DNA of 64,000 nt, from NCBI RefSeq assembly GCF_004010195.1, contig NC_057718.1:59044838-59108837 (forward strand), written 5' to 3'. Source of the DNA: Chiloscyllium plagiosum (lineage: Eukaryota). Position numbers and translations under genes: made by a program. Every line of letters begins with the position of its first letter. Within the stretch, counting starts at the first letter, position 1. Under the pieces are notes generated by a model. That model saw nothing but the letters and a program-made list of their open reading frames with translations, was not told where the DNA came from and did no database searches. Shown piece after piece: positions 36,700 through 50,300 of this stretch.

Positions 36700-39122
36700 A
36701 GTCATTGGTGTATAGGATCGAGGAAAACCCAAAGGCTTTCTATAAATATGTCAGGAATAAAAGAATGACTAAAGTAAAATTAGGGTCAATCAAGGATAGT
36801 AATGGGAAGTTGTGCGTGGAGTCGGAGGAAATAGGAAAGTGCTAAATGAATATTTCTCATCAGTATTCACACTAGAAAAACACAATGTTGTCAAGGTGAA
36901 TACTGAGATATACAGGCTACTAGATTAAATGGGAGTGAGGTTCACAAGGAGGACCTTAGCAATTCTGGAAAATATAAAAATAGACAAGTCCCTTGGGCCG
37001 GGTAGGATTTATCCTAGGATTCTCTGGGAAGCTAGCGAGGAGATTGCTGAGCCTTTGGTGTTGATTATGTCATCATTGTCTACAGGAATAGTGCCAGAAG
37101 ACTGGAGGATAGCAAATGTTGTTCCCTTGTTCAAGAAGGGGAGTAGAGACAACCCTGAAAATTATGGACCTGTGAGCCTTTCTTCAGTTGTGGGTAAAGT
37201 GTTGGAAAGGGTTATAAAAAATAGGATTTAAAATCATCCAGAAAGGAATAACTTGATTGGAGATGAGGATCTAAAATATGGATTTAGGCTTTTGTCAGGA
37301 GCAACCATTTTAATGCATGCTTTTACCAACTACAAAATGGCTTCTTAATGCAAGTAACATAAAATGGCTTCTAGGAGCAATGGCATCTAACTCTGCTGAA
37401 AACTGCATTCCTGAACTAATTGAAAGAGATTAGCAAACAATGCCCTGTTCATAATATGAATTAACTGAGCAAGATAGGACATTATTAAAGTATCCGAGCT
37501 GGTCTTGTAGACCCAGGTGGAGAGGGATTAAAAACATGCAAACAAGTCAGTTCCCAGGAAAAACCATTGGCTTAATTTTATGTCTATTTGTCATTTTATT
37601 TCATTTTATTGGAGTAATTTTGAAATTAAGGCTGTTCCGTTTGTTAAGAGACCTAGAAAAGTTGATTGTGTTTTAAGATTGTGTGCAGCTTTTGCAGAGT
37701 ACACAGAGGTACTTAACCCTTGCATTGCTGGATAACCTATGCCCAGCGTCGTAATAAATTGTTAAAACTTGCTAAAGGAGACCGAGCACTAGTGTTTATT
37801 TGACTGATCGCAGAACTGAGAGGCTCCTCTTGGGAGTCCAAATTTACACGGATAGTCAACATGGTTTTGAGAAGGGTAGGTGATGCCTCACAAACCTTAT
37901 TGAGTTCTTTCAGAAGGTGACCACACAGGTGTATGAGGGTAAAGCAGTTGATGTGGTGTATATGGATTTCAGTAAGGCATTTGATAAGGTTTCCCATGAT
38001 AGGCTATTACACAAAATATGGAGGCATGGGATTGAGGGTGATTTAGGGGTTTGGATCAGAAAATGGCCAGCTGAAAGAAGACAGAGGGTGGTGGTTGATT
38101 GGAAATATTCATTTTGGAGTTCAGTTACTAGTGGGGTTCCACAAGGATCTGTTCTGGGTCCACGGTTGTTTGTCATTTTTATAAATGACCTGGATGAGGG
38201 TGTAGAAGGATGGATTCATAAATTTGCAGATGACACTAAGGTCGGTAGAGTTGTGGATAATGATGAAGGATATTGTAGGTTACAGAGGGACATAAATAAG
38301 CTGCAGAGCTGGGCTGAGAGATGGCAAATGGAATTTAATGTGGATAAGTGTGAGGTGATTCATTTTGGAAGGAATAACAGGAATGCAGAGTACTGGGCTA
38401 ATGGTAAGAATCTTGGTAGTGTAGATGAGCAGAGGGATATCCATGAACATAGATCCCTCAAAGTTGCCACGCAGGTTGATAGGGTTGTTAAAAAGGCATA
38501 TGATGTGATAGCTTTTACTGGTAGAGGGATTGATTTCGGAGCCACGTGGCCATGCTGCAGCTGTACAAAACTCTGGTGCGGCCACACTTGGAGTATTGTC
38601 GACTGTTCTGGTCACTGCATTGTAGGAAGGATGTGGAAGCTTTGGATAGGGTTCGGAAGAGATTTACTGGGATGTTGCCTGGTATGGACAGAACGTCTTA
38701 TGAGGAAAGGCTGAGGGCCTTGAGGCTGTTTTCGTTGGAGAGAAGAAGGTTGAGAGGTGACTTAATTGAGGCATATAAGAGGCATATAATATAAGAGGGT
38801 TAGGTAGGTTGGACTGTGAGAGCCTTTTGTCGTCTGATGGCAATCACTTGCACAAGGGAGCATAGCTTTAAATTGAGGGGCGATAGACATGGGGCAGATT
38901 TCAGAGGTAGTTTCTTTATTCAAAGTAGTAGGGGTGTGGAACGCACTGCCTGCAACAATAGTAGACTCGCCAACTTTAAGGGCATTTAAATGGTCATTGG
39001 ATAGGCATATGGATGAGAATGGAGAATAGTGTAGGTTAGATGGGCTTCAGATTGGTTCACAGGTCGGCACAACATTGAGGGCTAAAGGGCCTGTACTGCG
39101 CTGTAATGTTGTATGTTCTATA
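36700..39122 (+). mobile_element. 5'-truncated CR1 LINE in the FANCL intron, interrupted at 37264-37848
   Basis: RT ORFs 36929-37231 and 37917-38714 ([31 protein letters not shown]); tail tatgttctat. Confidence 0.9.
37264..37848 (+). mobile_element. Probable solo LTR inserted in CR1
   Basis: 585-bp non-CR1 block with TG...ACA ends and an internal AATAAA near 37753. It splits the CR1 LI|DSQHGF motif. No clean TSD. Confidence 0.55.
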
Positions 39123-39884
39123 TTCAGCTTGTCATTCCTGAAGAAAGCTTTTGCCCCATAATTGTATCCTTTTCATGAACTCTTTTTGTTTTTGTTTTCC
39201 TTTTCAAATATTTGCCAATTTGCTTTTAAATGCATTTTGCTTAGACTGACCCATTAGAGTAAAACATCTTCTAATATGGTGCATTTAACAAAACATAACT
39301 CTAACCTTTTCATCAACGTTTGGTGATAATCTTATGTGTCATGATCACAACTCATTGATGAAGAGAAATGACATTCCCTATTTGTTATCAAAATCTTACA
39401 TAATTGTGAAAATCAGACCACCTCTTAATATTCTATAATGAATTAAACTTCTTGCCCCTGTTAATTCATCTCTAGTGGATTGTCTCCAGGGCATTCACGT
39501 TATTCTTAAAGTAGAAATTCAAAATTGGACATAATCTTACTGCAGTTTTTATTAATATAGTTAATTGATTTAGATTTAGCATTTTTTCCTTCTGTACTGT
39601 GCTATTTATAAAACCTAGGATTTCAAATGTTTTTAAATGTAACTTTATCGATTTGACCTTCATTTTTAAAGGTGCAATTACTGTGAATTCCTGAATCTTC
39701 GTGTTCTTTTATTCTTTTCAATGTATTACCACTTTTTAAAATCATTTTATATCTATTTTCTTACCTTAACTTGTCTTTTCATTTATCAGGCATTTTCCTA
39801 CCCATTTATCTATTAGGATGAAAACTGTACAATTTTTATGTGAATGCAATTTTTAGAATTTTGATGTCAAAATGACAGTAGATG

Positions 39885-40620
39885 GCTGTTGGTTACTCCT
39901 GTGATGGGTTTCCTTATGAATGCATAAAGACAAAGTTTTTGGGTCCTGAATTTGACGTAAAGGCAGGTAGGTAACTGCAGACCCCTGTTTACCATTGGGT
40001 TCATGGCCAATAGGGTTAAAATTTAAGGCCATTAGTTTTGTTTCTGGTTCAGAGGAATTGAGGATTGAGCAAGCTTTTTTAATTTACATTCAATTCGGAC
40101 AACACTAGAGTTGAGTTCAGAAGCAAACATACTTTATCTCCTAGGAGTTCAGTACAGTTAAGAGAACCAATCACCTCTCCGGAAGGGCTTAATTTGTGAA
40201 TCTTGCAAACTAGGAAAGTTTGGTTAGAAAAAAAGTGTGTTAGAACTGAGAAAGTTTAGATTCTTGGATTTGTGAAAAGTTCACGAAGGCAAACTTGGAA
40301 AGCACCACAAGACTGTCTTCACATTTCATGGCAAAGATACTGTAAGACATTGATTAAGTAGAAACTGAAAGAGTTAGGGTAGTGGTGATATTTCTTTGGA
40401 TTTGAGTCTTTGTAACAGATTGCTTTGGGGAACTTTGTGTGTTTTTATGATAATTCTGTCTTTTATATTTCACTTTTTTTTTTACTCTATTCAGTTCAAG
40501 AAAATCCTTAGTGTTGTGTGAATATGTTTCAGTAACAAACTATCACATTACTAAAATAACACAAAATATGATCATGACAACTGAAATCATGACAAAACCT
40601 CCTCCTGGAGTTGCTACAAT
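39885..40620 (+). mobile_element. Possible solo LTR
   Basis: TG...ctaca ends and base composition like the other LTR-like blocks. No TSD or second copy found. Confidence 0.3.
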
Positions 40621-40974
40621 TGTCTTCAATTTGCCACGGTCCCTGTTTTATTTTGCCTTCATGTTTTGCCTTCATGTTTTGTTGCTATCTTTCTATAAAT
40701 CTTTCACTTGATATAATAGATTTGGAAAGAGAATAACAGATTCTCCAAATGATCTCCCAAGGGACTCTACTGCAAATTATCTATCATGTAAGTAAAGTAC
40801 TTGCCATGCTTCCACATGCCCTTTTAAAAAGTCTTTGTCTTAATGGTTCATTCACATGACTAAGGGCAAACATGTCATAATAATACAAGCCTATTTTTTG
40901 TCACCCGTGAGGTTATCTATTTTGTACCGAGAAAGGATACCTTCTAGATGGTATGTAGTTAAATATAGTGAATG

Positions 40975-42187
40975 TTGAGTTCTTTGAAGAAGTAACAAAG
41001 AGGATTGATTAAGGCAGAGCGGTAGATGTGATCTATATGGACTTTAGTAAGGCTTTCGACAAGGTTCCCCATGGGAGACTGGTTAGCAAGGTTAGATCTC
41101 GGAATACAGGGAGAACCATTTGGATACAGAACTGGCTCAAAGGTAAAAGACAGAGGGTGGTGGTGGAGGGTTGTTTTTCAGACTGGAGGCCTGTGACCAG
41201 CAGAGTGCCACAAGGATCAGTGCTGGGACCACTACTCTTTGTCATTTACATAAATGATTTGGATGTGAGCATAAGAGGTACAGTTAGTAAGTTTATAGAT
41301 GACACCAAAATGGAGGTGTAGTGGATAGCGAAGAAGGTTACCTCCAATTACAACAGGATCTTGACCAAATGGGCCAATGGGCTGAGAAGTGGCAGATGGA
41401 GTTTAATTCCGATAAATGCAAAGTGCTGCATTTTGGGAAAGCAAATCTTAACTTACTGGTAAGGTCCTAGGGAGTGTTGCTGAACAAAGAGACCTTGGAG
41501 TACAGGTTCATAGCTCCTTGAAAGTGGAGTCGCAGGTAGATAGGATAGTGAAGAAGGCGTTTGGTATGCTTTCCTTTATTGGTCAGAGTATTGAGTACAG
41601 GAGCTGGGAGGTCATGTTGCAGCTGTACAGGACATTGGTTAGGCCACTGTTGGTATATTGCATGCAATTCTGGTCTCCTTCTGAAAGGAAAGATGTTGTG
41701 AAACTTGAAAGGGTTCAGAAAAGATTTACAAGGGTGTTGCCAGGGTTGGAGGATTTGAGCTACAGGGAGAGGCTGAACAGGCTGGGGCTATTTTCCCTGG
41801 AGCGTCGGAGGTTGAGGGGTGGCCTTATAGAGGTTTACAAAATCATGAGGGGCATGGATAGGATAAATAGACAGAATCTTTTCCCTGGGGTTGGGGAGTC
41901 CAGAACTAGAGGCATAGGTTTAGGGTAAGAGGGGAAAGATATGAAAGAGATCTAAGAGGCAACATTTTCACGCAGAGGGTGGTACGTGTATGGAATGAGC
42001 TGCCAGAGGAAGTGGTGGAGGCTGGTACAGTTGCAACATTTAAGAGGCATTTGGATAGGTATATGAATTGGAAGGGTTTTGAGGGATATGGACCGGGTGC
42101 TGGCAGGTGGGACTAGATTGGGTTGGGATATATGGACGGGTTGGACCGAAGGCTCTGTTTCCATGCTGTACATCTCTATGACTCTAT
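40975..42187 (+). mobile_element. 5'-truncated CR1 LINE (young subfamily)
   Basis: [26 protein letters not shown] 41518-41928, and tail ctatgactctat. An older CR1 fragment follows at about 42188-42530. Confidence 0.92.
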
Positions 42188-43344
42188 GTGGGAGTTCAGG
42201 TGCACAGACTTATAAAATGTCACAAACAAATGCAGAAAATAATCAAGAAAGCTAATGAAATTCTGGCCTTTTTATCTAGAGGACTTGGAATGCTCCACTT
42301 GGAATGCTGTGAGCAGGAAGGATATATTGGCCTTGGAGGGAGTACAATGTTGATTCACAAGAATGACACCCGGACTTCAGTGGAAGTAATGAGGAGAGAA
42401 TATACAAATTAAGCCTGTTTTGTCTAAAATTTAGAAGGTTGAGAGCGGTTCTGAGCAAAATCTTCACCTGCCATGATCTCAATGGTGGAATATACTTGAG
42501 GGGCTGAATGACCTACCCCTGTTTCTATACCTCTTTTAACCCTCATGTGTAGCACTTGTCTAAGCTCCCTTGTGTTCTTAGTCACATCGTTTGCATGTGA
42601 CTTTCAAATCTATTTTGAAAGCTGTACACGTAACTTTTATCATTGTTCAGAATGTTCATTTGCATTCTCGACAAAATGTATAAAAATATTTGGTTTCAAC
42701 TTCCCAGAGCTCTCCAAGCTAATTCTTCTTAGTGAAGATTTTCAAAGAAAAGTTTGTTGTGAGATTTTCTTTACTTGTCTCTGCCGGTTAAAATGGGCAG
42801 TGATGCTGTTATCACTTGTTAATCTGCTTTTCTGTGAACAGTATATCTGAAAAAAGAACTAATCAATGGATGGATTTCAATAAAACCTGCTATATCGATG
42901 GGGAAGAATGGATTAGTTTTTGGCATAGATGTGGATTTAGATTCTAGAAATTTTCAAACAATCATTTAGCATTGGGAAAGAGAAAATTATCTTTTTAAAA
43001 ATTAGAATTTTATGTGTTGCTTTATTTGTAATGTTAAATTCTTTTAGAATATTTTAGATTGTCTTAGCTGATGTGATGTGCATTTTCAAAGCTATTAAAA
43101 TATGAGCAGAGTTTTCAGTGCATTGTTGAGTGTGGCTTGGTTTGAAGTATCCTCAGTGAGGTGGAAGCTTGTAATAACAATATATTTTTTTCCATTTTGT
43201 AGTTACAGAGCATCAGTCCTCAGATTAAAGATGAAACTATAATAATGTTAACATGGTCTGTTGGAAGTGTGCACTGTACTGAGTGTCCTCTTCTCTTGTT
43301 ATTGTTTTGGGGCTAGCTATTTTGACTGCTGCCAATACACAACT

Positions 43345-43665
43345 GTAGTTGAGTGGTTAGCACTACTGCCTCACAGCATCAGGGACCCAGGTTTGATTCC
43401 AGCCTTGGATGAACGTCAGGCTGTGTGGACTTTGCAAGTTCTCCCTATGTGTGCATGGGATTCCATTGGTGCTGCAGATTTTTCCCACAGTCTAATGATG
43501 TGTAGATTAAGTGGATTGGTTGTGGTGAATTTCCCATTAATGCAATTGCCCAATTATGAGGATAGAGTAGGAGTCTTGATCTGGGTGGGATGCTGTTTGG
43601 AGGTTTGGTGCAAACTCAGTGGGCTGAATGACTTTTTTTTCTGCGCTGTAAAGATTCTATGATTT
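43345..43665 (+). mobile_element. Diverged V-SINE (HE1-like)
   Basis: tggttagcactactgcctcacagc..ggtttgattcc head, a degenerate V core and a ttctatgatt tail. Confidence 0.75.
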
Positions 43666-44648
43666 ATAATAGGTTTATTAACCACTTCTTTAAAATAAAT
43701 AGCCTAATTCTAGCTCCACAATGTTCCTGCCATGCTGTTTGAACAGAATTGTCATTTATTAGGTCTTTAGTAAAATGATGTTTAACTGATATCGTATGGC
43801 CTCTATCATCCAAACTTTCTTTAATTAACTGTATTACTGGTTGAGAATTTCAATAAACATTGTAATAATTAGGCAGCCAGCAGTTTATCTTCACACATTT
43901 CAGTTGGCTAGGTTCAAGTTGAGTTGGTACTAGAATCATTAAGCTTCATTACATAATTGTCTTTAACCGCAGCCACTGGATCCAGGAGCTATGAAGAAAA
44001 ATGCATCTCCAGTGTGCTCACTGACTCCCAGCCACAAAAATCAGTGCTAACAATAGAATATGCTGAACTTCAGTTATTGCATCAGCAGTTCGGATCAGCC
44101 CTGATCTCTGAGGAACTGCTTACTCTGAAATTGCTTGGGATACTGCCTTTTTAAATTCACTTCTGCAATGGTAGATGGTGCAAATTCTGTACATAATGTC
44201 AGCTTAAAATACTCTAGTCGCTAATGCAGAACTGCGTTTAAAGAGGCCCATTTGCTGGTTTTAATGCTGATAGCTTTGCTGAATATTGGGAGTGAGTGCA
44301 TAATATTGTTAACATTCATCTGGGAGCTCTGGTTGTTTTCACTGAAATATAGACTGGTACAATGTGGAGTTGTGAAGAAACTATTGCTTTTTCCCAACAA
44401 AGGGAAGTGCTGCTGAAAAATCTCAATTACCCACAAATTTGTTATTCTTCAGAGGTTAATTGGTCCACTCTTTGGATAATCCCCTGAACTTTATTTATTT
44501 TAATTGGGCTTCTTTGCATTTTTAACGTCTTTCTGACCGATGTCACATAAATTAGGTTAAAAGAACACTGCAATGATTTGACTATAATGAAAAGGAATTT
44601 TGGATTATCTTTTTAAATATATCCTTTCTTTTGACTGCACCTTTACAG

Positions 44649-44707
44649 GACAAGGAGTTTCGTATAAGAATTCTGTTGCCAGAACAGAAATGTTTGCGAA
44701 ATGCAAG
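44649..44707 (+). CDS. FANCL: FANCL coding exon 2 (DKEFRIRILLPEQKCLRNAR), 59 nt
   Basis: Acceptor ctttacag and donor AG|gtatgg. Phase 0 in, phase 2 out. Resembles human GRDFHLRIVLPEDLQLKNAR. Confidence 0.93.
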
Positions 44708-45547
44708 GTATGGATTTTTTTTAATTTCAGTGACAGCATTTGTACTGTGTTTTGATATTTGCCACCTTGGCTTAGTTACAAAGCTCCTGAAGAGTTTGAC
44801 CTAACATAGGCTGGCATTTCAGTGCAATAAATGAGGGTGTACTGCATTGGTAGGTACTATCCTTCAGTTGGTCTTAAATTGAGGCCCATCCAAGATTCGG
44901 TGATCTTCCTATTTTAAACAAAATCTTGTATATCTGGGGCACCACAAAGCAGATTTCAGTCAGTATACCTGTGTACAGTTTTGCAGTGTCAACCATTGTT
45001 ATAATGTAGGAAACATGTCAGCTAATTTATACACAGCAAGTTCCTAAAAGAGATAAAAACAAGCATGTGAGTTTGTTAGGTAAGGAGTGGAGAGGGTGCC
45101 AAAGAGAACTGTGCTGTTTAAATAATGATATGACCTCCACTTGAGAAAGTAGGAGGAGTCTCAGTTTGATGTCTCATCCGAAGATGGCATCTGTGCAAGC
45201 ATTCTCTTCATGGTGCATGCAGTACTGGCATACACAGTAGTATTCAAATTTCAGGATTGGGTGATGAACCTACATTCTTCTGACTTGTGATGACATAATT
45301 CTATTGAGCTATCTTTGGTAACTGAAGAATGCTTAAGTGGTGGAGAGCATTTATCATGTTTTGACCACTGATTTGCCCACCACAAATATGACTAGTACTG
45401 TGCCAAGTGGCTTCCACATTTGTTTATAGGCATAGCAACTCCATGAAGGCTGTGCATAAGGATTAAGACATTTCCAGTAATACAATAAGGTGCTGAATAA
45501 ATCTTTCTGTTTAAGACCATAAAATGTTTTGGGTTTATTTATAGATG

Positions 45548-46150
45548 GTGTGATGCTACTGTGACTTTAAGAGGTGTTTTTTGTTCTTTTATTTTAACAA
45601 AGAGAGCCAATTCAGTAAACAGATTGTGAGACCTTGGATTTTTTAAAAATAATGTAGAAGTAGAAGTAGCCCAAACATGTGGATTCAGGCTCCCACAGAA
45701 CCAGGGTTTTAGTTTAACTTTCAATAATTCGCATTTTGAAGCTGCCATACATCTCCCCCTTCCGTAACAAAATGTTTGAGTTCTCTGTCTGCCAAAAATT
45801 TCTCTTGATGTTCTTTCCAACTGGATTGTATGTGAGACAATTTATTTTACTGAATTTGCCTTTACCAAGGGTATGTTTATGAGGTGTTACTATATTGGAA
45901 CAGTTGCTGTTTAGTAGTTAAATAATTTACTATTTTACTAAGTTTGCCAACAGTTAAAGTTAGATCAGTTTTTTTTTTTGTATTTTATTTGTAGAGTAAG
46001 AGTAAAGTGTGATTTGCTTAAAGCCGAGTAATGTAATCAGTCAAATAGCATCTGTAATATTGCACCTTACATTTGCCTTTAAATAAGAAAAAGTTAGGGT
46101 CAAAGCTACCTCCTTGGTATATTTGAAGGGAGTTTGCCTGGTCCATAACA
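45548..46150 (+). mobile_element. Possible solo LTR
   Basis: TG start and ...ggtccataACA end. The 3' end loosely resembles the reverse complement of the 3942 and 46330 termini. Confidence 0.4.
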
Positions 46151-46329
46151 GTAGCCTCTAGGATCTTGCACCAAATCTAGATTATGGAAATATCCCCGTT
46201 GCAAGACACCTAACAGATTAATTCTCTGTCAGAACTGGAAACTAAAAGTCGAACAAGCGTTTTAGTAATGATGGGATGAAAGAAAAATGGGGTGGAGAGG
46301 GTGTCTCAAGATATTCCAAAGCAATGTAG

Positions 46330-46940
46330 TGTTCCAACCCAGGGTAAACTCTTCTGCTTAATTTAAATCAGCAACACAGAAAAGATTTATCCCGTGCAGT
46401 AATCGGTGAAAATTTGAGAGGCCAAGAACTATTTAAAGTAAAAATGAACAACTTTATTTCTTAAAGTATTACAGAGAATGATTAACTAACAGCTATTTAC
46501 AAATCCTTCTTCTAACCAATCTTTTACCTTCCCCTTCTACAATACTAGTCCAATAAAACTCCCAATTAAGATTTACAAAACAAAACTTCTTATCTCAAAA
46601 CCAGGCAGCTTTCCATTCTTCTCTGTATTCCAGTCTTCTTTTCTTCTTGGGGATTCTGCTTGATAGGTTACTGATCAATAAAGGTACCTTTAAGAGAGCT
46701 ATTTTTTCATGCAGTCTTTACATGCTGGTGGCTTGGCAGTTCTCCTCCAAACTGTTCAATCTTTTCCAGTCATAAACCCCCCAAAACATCAGATTTTGTC
46801 ATTGGCTTTTAAGTTTGTCAATATGCTAAATTAAAACTGTATTTAAGTTTGATATTTTTAGGGGTATATTTAAACTGATTCGCCTAATTTAAATCTGTTG
46901 TTTGTCTCCAGGCAACCAGCTACCCGAGCTACTCCATAGC
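46330..46940 (-). mobile_element. Probable solo LTR related to 3942-4628
   Basis: Colinear shared blocks with 3942-4628, starting tgttccaacccagggtaaactcttctgc. Confidence 0.5.
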
Positions 46941-46949
46941 TGGACCACA

Positions 46950-47870
46950 GAGAATCATAGAGGTGTAAAGCATGGAAACAGACCCTTCAATCCAAGTCGT
47001 CCATGCCGATCAGATATCCCAACTCAATTTAGTCCCATGTGCCAGCACCCAACCATATCCCTCCAAACCCTTCCTATTCATATGCCCATCCTGATGCCTT
47101 TTAATTGTTGCAATTGTACCAGCCTCCATCACTTCCTCTGACAGCTCAGTCCATACACGCACCACCCTCTGTGCGAAAACTTTGCCCCTTAGGTCTCTTT
47201 TATATCTTTCCCCTCTTACCTTAAACCTAGGCCCTCTAGTTCTGCACTACCCCACCCCAGGAAGAGATATTGTCTATTTATCCTATCCATGCCCCTCGTG
47301 ATTTTATAAACCTCTATAAGGTCATCCCTCAGCCTCGGACGCTGCAGGGAAAACAGACCCAACCTGTTCAACCTTTCCCTCTAGCTCAAATCCTCCAACC
47401 CTGGTAACATCCTTGTAGATCTTTCCTGAATCCTTTCAAGTTTCACAAGATTCTTCCGATAGGAAGGAGACCAGATTGCATGCAATATTCCAAAAGTGGC
47501 CTAACCAATGTCCTGTACAGCTGCAACATGACCACCCCTGTACGGAATACTCTGACCAATAAAGGACAGCATACCAAATGCCTTCTTTACTATCCTATCT
47601 ACCTGCAACTCCACTTTCAAGAGTCTATGAATCAGCATTCCAACGTCTTTTTGTTCAGCAGCACTCCCTAGGACCTTACCATTAAGTGTATAAATCCTGC
47701 TAAGATTTGCTTTCTCAAAAGCACCTCTCATTTATCTAACTCCATCTGCCACTTCTCAGTCCATTGGCCCATTTGATCAAGATCCCATTGTAATGTGAGG
47801 TAACCTTCTTTGCTGTCCACTACACCTCCAATTTTGGTGTCATCTGCAAACTTACTAATTATACCTCTGT
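46950..47870 (-). mobile_element. 5'-truncated CR1 LINE
   Basis: Reverse complement of about 41275-42187. Ends about 190 bp before FANCL coding exon 3. Confidence 0.92.
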
Positions 47871-48060
47871 TCTTGACTACTATTGTAAGGTTTATCTTCA
47901 TGTGGACTGATAATGCCTTGATGAGTTACAAACTCATGCACTCTTTTACCGAAGTGATGAAGCCTGTATGTCGATGTATTTCTTGTAAAATTCTGCAATT
48001 TGTAACTTGAAAATTACAAAATTTGTATTCTTTTATTTTTATGCTTTTAATCGCTTGAAG

Positions 48061-48121
48061 ACTTCAATGCAGCTGGCAGTTAAAACAAGTCTTGCGAGGA
48101 TACCAGCACATAATAAAGCAG
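48061..48121 (+). CDS. FANCL: FANCL coding exon 3 (LQCSWQLKQVLRGYQHIIKQ), 61 nt
   Basis: Acceptor ttgaag and donor CAG|gtaatg. Completes the split Arg codon (AG+A). Resembles human LLCSWQLRTILSGYHRIVQQ. Confidence 0.93.
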
Positions 48122-49068
48122 GTAATGTGCAAAATAATGACTCTAGTAGCGTAATAAAAATTTAGAGGTATTATAAATTGTCTTTGAATGGAAAAATGAT
48201 GCTGTGGTTGTTGCTGTTGAGCTACAAATCTTCTCACAAACTTGGAAAAATGAAATATTTGAATATAATTTACCTTACTAAAGAAGAAGTACACATTTAC
48301 AAACAAAATTGACACCATTAATATGAACACAAGGAACAGCAGAAATTAATAAGCATGGAATTTTTCAGATTATAGCAGGTTAAATTAGAGAATTTTTTAA
48401 TGACATGTAATTGTGCTGCCTTGCTTTTTGATCGACTTATGAAGGCTGAGGTGTAGTCCACAAGTGAATCAAAACTAAATAGCTACTTGAGAACGCACTA
48501 TTATTAATTAGATTGTTTTATTTTTCAGACGAAGTATTACGATGTATTCAATGTTTTTAGCCAGAAATAGTAGCTCGGTGTTTGTAGTTCATCTTTCAAC
48601 ATTTCTTGCTATTATTTATCAGCATAATAAATGGATGCAACATTGTCTATTTGTTGGTTAACAGCACTAATCTCTTCAGTTCACACACATCCCTATTTAT
48701 GTTCAGATATCAGACCACATCAAAGTAGACAGTTCATAGCCCTGAGACAGTATTGCTCTTTCAATGTAAAGATGTTTATCTCATTAAAAAGGAAAGTTCT
48801 GTACTGATGAGTAACTGTATTTATCAAAGTCTGTCAACTGACTTGTCTAAATCATGTCTGGGAAGGCATTGGAAACGAGAAAAGTATTACTGGTATTCAT
48901 GTTGTTGATTTATTACTCCCCCCACATATGATAACAATAAAATACATATGGAGCAAGGGAAAAGGCAACATATATATTAGATACTTTATAATCCAATCAA
49001 ATCTTATGCACTGTATTGCACCATCAGTCACTGAAAGAACATTTGACCATTTTCCTTTTCTCCACCAG

Positions 49069-49125
49069 AGACTGCAACACTGCTCTAACTTGGTTAGTTT
49101 CATGTTGGAATTTAAGACTGTTTTG
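49069..49125 (+). CDS. FANCL: FANCL coding exon 4 (RLQHCSNLVSFMLEFKTVL), 57 nt
   Basis: Strong pyrimidine tract tttccttttctccaccag and donor TTG|gtgagt. Resembles human RMQHSPDLMSFMMELKMLL. Confidence 0.93.
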
Positions 49126-49504
49126 GTGAGTACAAGGGGTGGGACATAAAGAGCAGAGATGTATAAAACTGCATTTTTATAATTTACTTATTTTTTTTTC
49201 AACAACTTGATTAATCAATTCTATACTCTAGCCAAATATCTCAGATTTGGCATTCTCTTGAATGCAGGGAAGAAACATATTATTCTCATTCTAAGCTTTG
49301 CTGCATTTACATCTCACTGTATAACTTTGGGGATACATTTTAATACTAAGTGCATCTAAATTGGGAAATCCATACCATTACCTTGTTTTCCAAAAAAATC
49401 CATGTTTGAATACATTATAGATTGTCAATATGTTATCATGGCTTCCACTCTTGAAACACATTCATCATTCCTGGAAGAAAGTTTCACATGTCACATGGAA
49501 ACGT

Positions 49505-50300
49505 AGATGGGCCAATGGGCTGAGGAGTGACAGATTGGGTTTAATTTAGATAAATATGAAGTGCTGCATTTAGGAAAGACAAATCAGGACAGGACTTGTA
49601 CACTTAATGGTAAGGTCCTGGGGAGTGTTGCTGACCAAAGAGACCTCTGAGTGTAGGTTCATAGTTCCTGGAAAGTGGAGTCACTAGTAGAGAGGATAGT
49701 GAAGAAGGCATTTGGTATGCTTGCCTGTATTGGTTAGTGCGCTGATTGTAGGACTTGGGAGAACATGTTGCAGCTGTACAGGACATTAGTTAGGCCACTT
49801 TTGGAATGTGTGTGCAATTCTGGTCTCCCTGCTTTAGGAATGACGCTGTGAAACTTGCAAGGGTTCAGAAAAGATTTACAAGGATGTTGCCAGGGAGAGA
49901 CTGAATCGACTGGAGCTATTTTCCCTGGAGCATCAGAGACTGAGGATTAGAAGTTTATAAAATCATGATATGCATGGTTAGGGTAAACAGACAAGGTATT
50001 TTGCCCAGGGTTGGGGAGTCCAAAGCCAGAGGACATAGGTTTAAGGTGAGAGGGGAAAGATTTAAAAGGGACCTAAGGGCGGTGTGTGTATGAAATGAGC
50101 TGCCAGTGGAAATGGTGGAGGCTAGTTCAATTACAACATTTAAAAGACATCTGGATGGATATATGAGTATGAAGTGTTGAGAGGGATATGGATGAAATGC
50201 AGGCAAATGGGACCAGATTAATTTAGGATATCTGGTCAGCATGGGTGAGGTGGACCAAAGTGTCTGTTTTTGTGCTGTATATCTCTGATTCTGTGACTGA
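49505..50300 (+). mobile_element. 5'-truncated CR1 LINE
   Basis: Colinear with 41370-42187, with internal deletions. Confidence 0.88.

Noticed and set aside
44708..48060. U12-type intron, suggested by the GTAT donor and a ttttaat near the acceptor
   Set aside because: The donor is GTATGGAT rather than GTATCCTT, and there is no good TCCTTAAC branch site.
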